From Owenia fusiformis (taxonomy: Eukaryota): a stretch of 64,000 nucleotides of DNA. Of the stretch, positions 33,452-45,400 are shown in pieces. Location: the NCBI GenBank assembly GCA_903813345.2, contig CAIIXF020000001.1, positions 5,580,001-5,644,000 on the forward strand, read 5' to 3'. A program made the translations under genes and the position numbers. The notes under the pieces are model-generated. The model did not search any database. It saw nothing but the letters and a program-made list of their open reading frames with translations, and was not told the origin of the DNA. Numbering within the stretch: the first letter of the stretch is position 1; every line of letters begins with the position of its first letter.

Positions 33452-36400
33452 GTAAGTTTACTTTAGATTTTCTTGACTGTAGACTTGTAAAGTTTAGGTA
33501 CAGCTGGAAAATAACATTTTGGGAAGAAATTGCTAGATTATACGATACATGTTATTTTCTGGCACCGATCCGGAGCCAAATCCAGCCCCTATTGGTAGTA
33601 GGCTCAAAGTATAAATGGGAAGATAAGACACAAGCCAAAAATGCTACATAAAAATGACCATTGACCCTCTTACTGACCTTTATTGGCTTACACAGTGAGC
33701 CTATGGGATAGACCAGGCGTCCGTCCGTTCCGTCCATCCGTCAACATTTACCAGTGGATCTAGAGGGGGGCGTGGGGGGCGCACGGCCCCCCCCCCTAAA
33801 AAGTCAGAAAATTCGTGTTTTGCCTCATTGCTTTTTACAAAATTTGAATCTTTTTTGTAATTCGCTCACAGTTATTATCACTCGCCCCCCCCCCCCCCCC
33901 CCCCCCCCCGCAACACAAAATCCTGGATCCGCCCCTGACATTGGCCGCACAAATTAAGGTGCATGATGGGAAATTTTCTGCATTCCTCAATTGAGTCACA
34001 TGTTATTTTTTAAACAAGAATTACTCCTTCCCCACATTGTCTATATATCTTCCAGTTTTGCACAAAGAATGCACTTATGTGCCTAGAAAATACTTGTGAG
34101 AAGAATGTTCTGATAAAGTGTAAAAAAAACAAGAAAATTCAGTGAAAAAATTCAGAAAATTGTCAGAAGAATTTTTCACTAAATTTTCTCATTTTTTATA
34201 CTTTTTACAAAACAAATGACCACCAAGCTAATAGTCCTGATGTAAACCCCAGTGAGTATAGGGTACTGGAAGGTCTCCGGGAGATGGTTTAAAGGTACTC
34301 AATCTCAAAAATTGCTCAACTTAAGCTGGCAATTAAGACAGGTTGAAAGAAACTTGTACATTATCTTATTACTTAGGACAGTATATAACTGCAACATTTG
34401 GTGTATGTAGGTTGGAAAATGAAAGTTATAGTGTCTTGAAAAAAGTGGAATTTTTTGGCCCACCCTGTACAAGAATCTAGCTACAGAAAGAATGTGATGT
34501 AACCACGTGTCTACTTACCGGCTTGTTCTATGTCATCCATCGGACTAGTTTACATCGTGAGACGCAGCCAAACACGACACTGAAGGCAACAGCATATCTA
34601 TCTTGATCTTAGCCGAATTTTTGGAAATTTAGATCGTCCATTTTGCAAGCTCACGTGACTGACACGTGACACGTGTCTGATCACGTGACTAGTTACAGTA
34701 TCGATCATGTGACTTAATCACATGTCAATGACGTGTCACCCAACCACAGTGTTTTCAGTAGGCTTGTCCAAAATTGCGTCCCTTGGACGTTATGATTTTC
34801 AAAAAATGCGTCTCCCTTCAAAAAACTGCGTCCCTTGAAAAAATGTTCCCGGGAATTCAAAAGTCACGTTTTTACACTGGATGAAATAAATTGATGAAAT
34901 TTTGTACCACTGCTTTTGCTATTTATCGGTCTGAATCAGCGTTCTTGCAAGTCTAGTATGTCATTGAATGATACAGATACCATCATAACTTATATTCTCC
35001 CATTTAAAACACCTTTTCCTTGCGAATTTCGAAACAATTTGCTATTGATTTTGCTTTAGCATGTTTAGTTTAGGGGCAATCTGCGCGAGGTTCAACTTTT
35101 TAGTTCAGTTTCTTGCGCATATGCAGTCTCAAATAATGATCACGTGATCACACTTGACCAATTGAAAATGGTTTGAATCAGGTCTTAAGCTACCGGCCAA
35201 TCGTAGGACTCATACTGATTACTGCTCGGAAATCGAGTATTGTATAAATTTTTGTCCTATCACATGCCTCGTACTATTTCGATCAGAAATCAACTTCCAG
35301 GAAGGAAATTTCGAAAGAAAATTTTATTTCTTTTAGAAATAGAATTTTCTTCAATTATTTATTGGATTCTGACGAAATAAAGAGACTGAAGGTAAGATCT
35401 TTATCAAATCATTCATCCAAAGTTGATTGTATGAGTATGGCTTGCACTGCGTCCACAAAACGCAATCACTTTTTATTTCCGGGTCCATGGATTTTTCATT
35501 ACGTTTTTGCAATACTTGGATGGCGTTATTGAAATAGCAGCAACCATGTCTTCAAGGAAAACGGAAGTAAATATTTTGGAAAATGTTTTTCGAGCATTTG
35601 CTACTGATTATAGAAGGCCCAATAACGAACGAAACTGCTAAATTGTATTTTGTGCCTAACAGGCGCAGTACGCAATGAAACTGCTAAATTGTATTTTTAG
35701 TCTGCTTATTGATCTATTGATTCATAAAGACCTGAAATGATGCATTCAAATAAGACCGCCTCCTAAATGAAAACACTACACCTAAGGTGGTGAAAAAGAA
35801 CGAACTAAAGTTGAAAGATCGCAACGTTCGCTACTTTGATCAATTCCGGAAATCTCCAAGGGGCTGCAAATGGGAAATTATTTAGATTTAGATTTTATAA
35901 CCTCAGAATACTGGCTTCATTGTCGTGTTTGGCTGCGTTCCACGATGTAACCTAGTCCGATGGATGACATAGAACAAGCCGGTAAGTAGACACGTGGTTA
36001 CATCACATTCTTTCGTTATTTCAACCATATGAACTGATTCCCAGAATAAAAAAAATCACTGTAGACCCTATCAAATGATGACAGACCTGAAACCATCAGT
36101 TTCTAGAAAGCCAAAGAGGAAGCAAGGGCTAAACCTGATAGAGGTATTCTCCACTTGGCTTCAGACAAATAGGTTATAATGAAAACACGCGCTACGCGCT
36201 AACGCGCTAGCGCACTAACGCACTGTTCAGAATGATCGTTCCCACAGGCCCGGGAACATGTATAAAAATCGAGTGAGTGAAGAGATTAGGTGGCTCATCA
36301 GAAAGCAGAAGTATGAAGAAGCCCAATGTTTGATCGTTAACTGTGCAAAGATTATCGATTGTTTGTGTGTTTTATCTGATTTAAAAGGAAGATAGAAAGT

Positions 36401-39400
36401 AGCACCTTACAAGATGAATGGTCGCAGATATGCGAATATGCTCCCTATTTCATTGCATTATTTGGGTCCATCCATCGGCGAGAAAAATCCCGTTTCGAAA
36501 TCTGAGCCTGGGGCCCGACTACTTCAATGACTAATGACTTAATATAATGTTTACTTGTCGCACCTCTTAATATCAAGTCATGGATGTTTTATATATCTTT
36601 ACTCTTTGTATTTGAAGTTATATCTCACATATGACTTACCAAACGGTGGGATAATTCAGGCGTCGCATTTATATTTTTCCATTTTTCTTTTCGTGCCCGG
36701 TTACTCTCTTTCGCTTTCATGGGGGGGGTGTATAGGGTTATCGTATAAGAGGAGGGTGAAAATCGATTGTGTATGGCCGCATAAGAGGGGGCAACATTTA
36801 TCGTATATGGCATTGTATAAGTTAAATAAACATATGTTTTAAAAGAATTAAAGAAACCTATTATGAAATTTAAAGGCAGTTTGAACGAATACTGCAGATC
36901 CAGCTTATCCCCATAAATTTGGGATTTCAATACACAAGTAGTTGTGGGGGCTTGCCCGTAGCCAGCTTTTTTCCAGGGGAAGCTTTTTCACAATTATGAA
37001 AAAAATTCTCAAAATGGTGAAAAACTGCATGATTTTGAAAGAATCTCTGGCCAGAGGGGGAGCTCCGCTCCCCCAGCTCCCCCTCTGGCTACGGGCCTGG
37101 TTGTGGGGGTGATTTGAAAAATCAGTCCCACATTTATGGGGGTAATCCAGATCTCTATATAGTAGTCTCTATATGCCATATGCCAGGACAGTAACCAGGA
37201 TTTCCCAGGGGGGGTCACTTTTTCAAAAATTCCAAAGTCACCCTCCGAACCCCCCCCCCCTGGCTTCGGGGCTGTGTACTGCCTATTTGCCGTATGATTA
37301 TACATTTGGTACTACGTGGATTCTTGCATTATGTTATTTCATTCTGAATATTATCCAAACTTTTCTCAACGGTAATTTCAAAATTATCGTACAGATATAT
37401 TATTTACCCGATTGCATACACTGTATGTTATACATGTAAAAGGGGTGAAAAATGCTGTAAATGGTATAAGACTGAGGGGCTTGTGAAAAATAGTGTATAT
37501 GGATTTCCAAGACCCCTATGAACCCCCCTTTCATGTTTGCTTTCGTTTTTCTCAATTTGATTTTAGATTTAAAAAGTTTTGAATTACGTCAGTCCCAGTG
37601 AATTGTATTACCTATTTTACCAGGAATATTGTTGAAAACAGGATTGTATTTCATTTGGAATTAAAGTTTTAAATAAGAGACGATTTAAAAAGTACTGTAA
37701 ACCCGACCAGCGTGTTTTATCATTGTCCGGTAATTGGCCGTAAATATTTATTAATTCTAAGTTACTCATGTTCTTTCAGGTCAAATACAGAGAAAAGTAC
37801 ACGTTCATTTAGTTTTGGAATTATTTCCTAAATTGAAGTTGAATTCTGTTTTTTAACGGTGTGAAGAACATCTTAATTGGTCTTATATTTTTAGAGAAAT
37901 CGTAACTTGAAAAGTGTAATTTTCGAGAGGCTTTGTTTATTTCCTGCGGCCGCAAAGTTCACATCAAAGTCTGATTGACAGGTTAGCGGTGATTTATACA
38001 GTCTTTGAAGTGTCAATGTTTTGACAAGTTCCCAGGGAGTCATAACCCTAATTATACATGTCCCTGGGCCAAGGGTATTGACCAATCATAAACATGCGCT
38101 TAAAACATGCGCACACATCGTGGGGGAAGGATCATTTTCTATTAGCGCATTGGCGCGTGGCGCGTTAGCGCGTAGCGCGTGTTTTCATTATAACCAGACA
38201 AATATTTGAATTTGCTGATCCTTTTTTGTGTTGAACACATATGACAACAAATGACATTCATCAACCTTGTTCTGGTTTGGATAACACTGTAGATAGGGTG
38301 TATACAGCAAAAGGTACTCACTTGGCTGAGCCTAACCTCTCATAGATTTTTCTAAACAACTTGTTCAATCATTTGTTTGTCGTGCCATGTATGACTTTCA
38401 GTATATCTATTTCTTACTCTAATATTTTAGATCGTGCCAAGGGAGAAGGTGGTAACAACATGAGAACCAAAGCTACAATAAAAAGGCTCCATATGTACAA
38501 GAACTTCAAGGCAAAAAGGTATGTATTAAAATTTTGGCAGTTTAAGCCATTGGTCCGATGGAACAATCACTTAAGAGATATACCTGGCCATCAGATTATG
38601 TATTTGTATTTCCTCTAATGGTAACAGGTAGTTCTTCACTCCTGTCAGGTCTGTGGAGAAGCTCTACTTAAAAGTTAAAAAACCCAATCCATCTTTGTAA
38701 GAGAAACATAATATATCACCAGGATGGGAAATTTATCAAGATTTTTCATATTTGTGATATTGAATGATAGAATCTTTGTCACCTTTTGGCATAACTTGAA
38801 TATTGTATAAGCATCATATCTCCGAAAATCTAGGCAGTTACTGACAAATGAGTTTGATAATTCTTAGCTTTTGTTACCTTGTCAAAATGGTTAAAAAGTC
38901 AGCACTTTCAATCTCATTGTCCTTATTGGGTCCCAGGTACCCTACAGGAAAAAATATTTCAAAAAATATTTGGTTTATCACTGGTACTGCACTCTTCAAA
39001 CTAGGATCCGTTTTGGTAACAAAATGTCGGAACCTCAGAGTTTTAGAATTTCCACGACATTTTTATCACAAACTTGTGTCAGTAAGACAATCTTAATGCT
39101 TGCAAACAAATAGTCCAGAAGACAAAAGAATCATTGATACAATACCTTAGTTTTGTTTTGTAAATAGATCTTCAAAAACGGATTGATTTCAGGGATGTTT
39201 CTTAGCATGAAAAAATGTCCTCAATTTTTCAATAATACATGGAATATAAAAATATGTTTGCTGGGGCGTAGAAATCACTTCTGCTATTCTTCATTTACTA
39301 GTATTTAGTGCCAGTTCAACATTGTTTTGGTTTTCAAAATTTTGTAGAGTTTTTGCGTTTCGGAGCATAGTAATGCATTAAATGGTAAGTTTTAGCTTAT

Positions 39401-42400
39401 ATTTCTTTATAAATATTCGAATTTATTCTACTAATCGTTGTCAGTTGGCTCCTGATAATCGGGTTTGAAAATTTGAGTCCCACCGCTACATGTATATATT
39501 AGTGGGCTGTTTTAGCAATATTATTTAAATATTCTTTGAAAAATGTTTTCAGAGATAAGCATGGGCAAATTATAAAGGCAGCACCATTCCAGAACACACT
39601 GTCATCAGGCACTGTTGCTAGAGTGGAGCCCAACAGGAAATGGTTTGGTAAATATTATATATTATTTGAAATATAATTCTCGCACTTCCCTTTCTTCATC
39701 TACATATATTACTTCTACCATATTCTCTGTTAGCTTAGAAAAATTGAAAATATATCGTTCAGACCATTTGAATAAGCGTCCATATACTGTAAGGAATCAA
39801 AAACTCTGGGAATTTCATGTATGGCAAATTTTCAAGAATTTGTCAACAATGCCTTATTTGCAATATCAAAACAAAGTAACAACATATTTTTACAATAATG
39901 ATATGTTATTGGAGAGATTACGGTAAAGATCGCTAAAATAAAGCAAGGATAGACAATATTGACGATGAGTAGAGCTGAAATACATAGATCGGACCAATGT
40001 TTGAGGTAACAATTGGGTGCATATCTTAGCCATCAGAAATGGACGGTCTTGTGGACTGGCTGGTTGAAACAACTCATCAGTCCTGGGTCAACATCGCCGG
40101 ATTTGTCCGATAGTCCGGCGCTTAGGAAAAACACTGTTCACTGGGTCATTTCAGAATTTTTTAGTTATTTCAATATTAATTTTGTTGTGAAAGTTTGATG
40201 ATCATCTGCCTATAATCTGCCTTGAGTCAAAAATACCTTACATAACAATAACACCTTACAAAACATGCTCCAAATGGCCACCTCTCTCTATTCAATTGTG
40301 TATAGAGAGGAGCATATCCCATGTGGAACATGTTTTGTAAAAGATTATTATCAAACAAAATTCACATTGAATAAATAAAATAATTCTGAAATTCTAAGGC
40401 AGAATATGCAGGATTGACCGAGTTAATTAACTTTTCTATGTTCCTGTTTTTTTTTTGATAACCAGTTATCAGATGAAGTCTAAATTTTATAGGCTAAAGC
40501 CTAAGCATTAAATCTCTACTCGAAAAGGAATTGATAATATGGGATCACTTGACGTCATGGATGTAAATTTTGCAAAAAGGAGACAATAAGTACTCGATTC
40601 AGAATAATGTGTGATTTGCTACTCTGTGTAATTGCTGTTTTTCCAGTTTGACTAGGCAACAGTTTGACTAGACTATGTAACTGGACAGACTAACCTTAAA
40701 AGGATGGCAGATACAGCATTTTTCAATGTGATTTAGTGACATTGACATGTAAAACTGATTCTGTCTTCGAAGGCACTAGCTTTAATTGTCTGACCCTGTC
40801 CACTCATTCTACAATATATATCATATTTTTAACAATGGCTGGCTTATAGGTGACATCAAATTAGGGCGTGGCATTCGGCAGGGCTGCCCCTTATCTCCGA
40901 TGATTTACCTAATAGCATGTGAGCTTTTATCTTGTAAACTAAGACAATCCAGTGAGGTTAAAGGTATCAAAGCCCCTGGAAATCATGATGAAACCAAAGT
41001 TTTACAATATGCAGATGACACAACTGTTTTTGTGCATGACATTAAGTCTTTTAATAATGTACTTGAAATTTTATGGTTTATCAAGCCTTAAAATCAACAC
41101 AAAGAAAACAGAGGCAATGTGGTTAGGAAAATGGAAAAATAGGAGAGAAAAACATGGAGATGTGCAATGGAAAATAATGCCTCATAACTGTATAAAGCTG
41201 TTAGGTGTAACATTTAGTACCTCAACTCATGTTATTGATAATGACTTGAATTTTGAGTCAAAATTTGTAAAATGTGAAAACATTATGAAATCGTGGTCTG
41301 GAAGGTACTTAACAATTATGGGAAAGGTTGTTATAGTGAAATCTTTACTTTTATCACAATTTTCCTATCTCATGCAAGCCTTCATTCTACCTGACAAACT
41401 TTTGAATAGAATTAATACAATGATGTTTAAATTTATTTGGGCAAAAGGCAGATTTAAAGAGGATGAATTGAAAAAGATTCCTGACAAAGTGAAAAGGTAT
41501 GTAATGGTACAAGAATATAAATATGGAGGGATAAAAATGATAAATGCTAAAGATTTACAAATAGCTTATACAATACAATGGGTTCAAAAGTTGCAAGAAA
41601 GAGGCAATGGTCACTGGAGAGGCTTACCCATGTACATGTATGGAAAAATGGGTAATGGACTCAGTATTTTTAATTCAAACATAGATTTTGATAGAATTAA
41701 AGGTTTGCATAACTTGAGTAATTTTTATAAAAATGTATTACATGTATGGTTAAAACACAATGATTTTAAAAATGAGAGCATTATTTGGAACAATGAAAGT
41801 GTAACTCTCAATAATTCTCCATTATTTTTTGAAAACTGGATTGAAAAGGGTATTACATATATTTCAGATGTTGTCCAGGATAGGGAAATGTTAGCATATG
41901 ATAACATTGTCCAGAAAATAGGGAGAAATGGCCAAACAATTCTTCAATATAATGCACTTAAAGCATGTTTAACACAAGATCTCCTTATCAAATATGAAAT
42001 GGAAACACCTTGTACAAAAAAATTATTTTTTAAAGGCATTGAGAGCCATCTTTTAAACACAAGAATTGTGAGAACAAAAATTGTTTTAGAGAGAAAGTGT
42101 GACATAAAATTTAATGGTGAGATTCTAAACGATAAAGTCTGGTCTCAATTTTTTGAATGTACAACCGATACTACCCTTTTGGTAATTCAATGGAAAATTT
42201 TACATGGTATTTACCCTCAAAATATTTATTTGAAGAAATGTAACATTGAAAACTCTGACATCTGTAACTTTTGTAACGCACATGTAAAAGATGACATTGA
42301 CCACTTCTTTATCAATTGTGACTGTATTAAATCAATTTGGGATGATGTGAATGTTACAAATGATCAAAGAATTGGAAATGCAATGGTTAAAAAAGAAGAT

Positions 42401-45400
42401 TTACTTAAAACATTGGTAATTAAAAAAGCTATACATGATTTTAAAAAAAGGGTCAATACAGCTAGTAATGTAAAAGCTATTTTTGATAATGAAATAATGA
42501 TCAGAAAGATGTAATGTAACTTGAAATTTCTATAATTGTATTTTATCTTATTGTATGCATGTAATGTAAAATATGTTTATTAAAGTTTGATTTTATAAAA
42601 AAACAAAAAAACAAACAATGCAATATATTTTATTTTCTAGGTAATACTCGAGTCGTCACACAGAACGCCCTTCAGACTTTTCAAGAGGAAATGGGCAAAG
42701 TGAAAAGTGACCCGTACAAAGTAATAATGAAGCAGACACAATTGCCAATATCTCTACTGAATGAATCGGCAAAAGTAAGTCCACATTTTATACACACATA
42801 AACAGTCAATTCTAGTCGTAATATACTGCTTTCATTTTTGCATAGGAATCTTTTTAAATGTCGGGAAATTGGGGATAGGCGTTGAATTAAAGGAGTACTA
42901 AAGCCATATTTAAAAAAAAAATTATTAGTAATGCATTAACAGCCCTTTGACTTGTGATTTGTAACATTGCCAGTTTGAGAATACTAGTACAATATTAAAT
43001 CTACCATTGGTCTGTATAAATGTTTTTTTATTAATTTTTTGGATGAAATTCTCTGGATTTTCTGGAAAGTATCCTTTCAAAGGAGCCAAATATGACTGAC
43101 TCCATATTTGTGGTCCGTTGATTCTATATGTTTTTTTAGCTCGCACTGTGGGCCATTTGGCAATCCTCCATTCTGTTTGTCTGTCCATCCATCCTTCTAA
43201 ATGGTAGTACAAATTGAAACTGCTCTTTGTATTATAGGTCATATAATCATTTATGATCTTTCCTGTTGGTTCTTTATTTATTACAACATCTGCTCATTAT
43301 GGTATATTTTTCCAGCATGCCAGAGTCCACCTCCTGGATACTGAGTCATTTGACAACACATTTGGGCCAAAGTCCCATAGGAAGAAGCCAAACCTCAAAG
43401 CATCGGATATGGAGGTATTGTATTCTAAACTTTATCAAAGTTTATTATTACTTCACTGAATGCAGTTTGAGTTGATAAGCTGTCTGTTAGTTTCTCTCTC
43501 TGGGTGATAATTGAAATATATGTTGACAGCAAGAAGGATTGGCTCCCTGGGTTCTAACTTGATATTCAACCTTGACCCAGTTATTTTTTGACATTTTAGC
43601 TGATTATGAATTCATGAGTATTGATCCAAAAGATTTGAACTAATATCTTGATCATTTCTTGGGTGTTTTGAACTTTTTTGTTTGGAAATAAGACCAAAGC
43701 TCGCGATTTGGTCTTGTCTGACAAGACAGGATTACATTAGCATCACACTTGTACAAAGAGAATGTTCATGTACCAATATGTAGATATATGTATATAGTAT
43801 GTAGTATATATATTGTGGCTTGTATTTCATAGAGCCTGGCTAACTTAGTAGCAGAATCAAATGCTAAATACAATGTTGATGGAGATAATGACCTAGTGAC
43901 TGAGGACCTTGGATATAAGATTGAAGCGCAAGATTGGATGTATAAGGCTGGCCAGTCCAAGAGAATCTGGAATGAACTTTACAAGGTACACATTTCATAT
44001 CTACACACTACATTGTACATAACAATTCCCTGCATTTAGTTGGTGATACACTATGATCTAGTCTCCTGCCTTGAATTGTGTTTTCTTCTGCGATTTTGAC
44101 AATTGATTTAGAAATCAAGACAAGTATCAATGGATTGAGAATTAGACTCATGTGATGTTCTGTAAACTATTCTGTTGTTGAGAGTTCCCTTACTGTAAAC
44201 TATTCGGTTGTTGAGAGTTCTCTTGCTGTATTCTCACTGCAGGTTATCGACTCGTCAGATGTAATCATACAAGTGCTGGATGCCAGGGATCCTATGGGAA
44301 CTAGGTGCAAGCAGGTGGAGAATTACTTGAAGAAAGAGAAGTCTTTCAAACACCTTATCTTTGTGCTGAATAAGTGTGACTTGGTCCCTGTATGGGTTAC
44401 AGTAAGTGGTATACAAATATATAATGATTATGGTTATCCACCCCTGTTGGATGGGGAGCATTGGGTGGTGCACTACCCCCCCCCCCCCTCCCCCCTTAGT
44501 GTTACTTAAGTACCCCCATTCTTCTCCATTTTACCCTGGGATTAATCATTCATTAAGTCACATGTACATATCAATGCTTGTGCTTTATTTGCTGTCACAG
44601 TAAACTATTATTTGGGTGAATTACACAACAAAACTAAAGGAATATGTTACATGTTATTTATACATTTTTTGTTTTCAGCAAAAGTGGGTTGCTCTGTTAT
44701 CAAAGGAGGTTCCAACTCTTGCCTTCCATGCCAGCTTGACCAACCCATTTGGCAAAGGTGCACTCATACAACTACTTAGACAATTTTCAAAGGTAAATAT
44801 GCACTTTTCTTAGCTGCGATTGTATACAAATATTGATCTATTCAGAGACCGGTGTGTAATCAGGGAGCTTTGCAGATATGTGTACCCTTTACATTATCAA
44901 CTAAAATTAAATTTCCATCACAAATTGACCTTTCGATTTGGAATTGGTTTGCTACATTACTACATGCAGAGGTGTAAAATAATTGTGCTACTTCACAGAT
45001 TCTTCATGTCTTATCACAAGGAAATTCTTGTAGTAGATCTCTTTACCCTCCTAAATATTGTATGGATATTTATCCCAACTGTTAGTTTTTGTGTATGTAC
45101 ATGTAATATATTTGCTGCTATTTTTCTAGGTTTAAAGGTTTTTATTATCATATTAATCAAAACCATGTTACATACAGAGCAAGGGCCGAAGCAATGCATT
45201 ATTGGTCCTGGTAATCAAGAATTAATATAAATGATAAAGTTGCAAAGAAAACTTATGTGACAACTCAGGCATGCAGAGCAGTAAAAACTTACTCATTTAA
45301 AATCGAAACAATTAAAAATTACCTGATTTGTCATAAATGGTAAAGAAGAATCATCATACAACAATAGGTTTACCCTGTCCTGCTGTCTGAGTTGGCCAAA

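Noticed and set aside
40705-40766. Imperfect ~60-nt hairpin upstream of the LINE (miRNA, snoRNA or Tx1 target?)
   Set aside because: Many bulges and no match to any RNA family I recognise
40952-41070. N-terminus of the 520-aa ORF as given in the ORF track
   Set aside because: Off-frame; the true RT reading is in the 40786 frame up to ~41070 and then shifts into the 40952 frame
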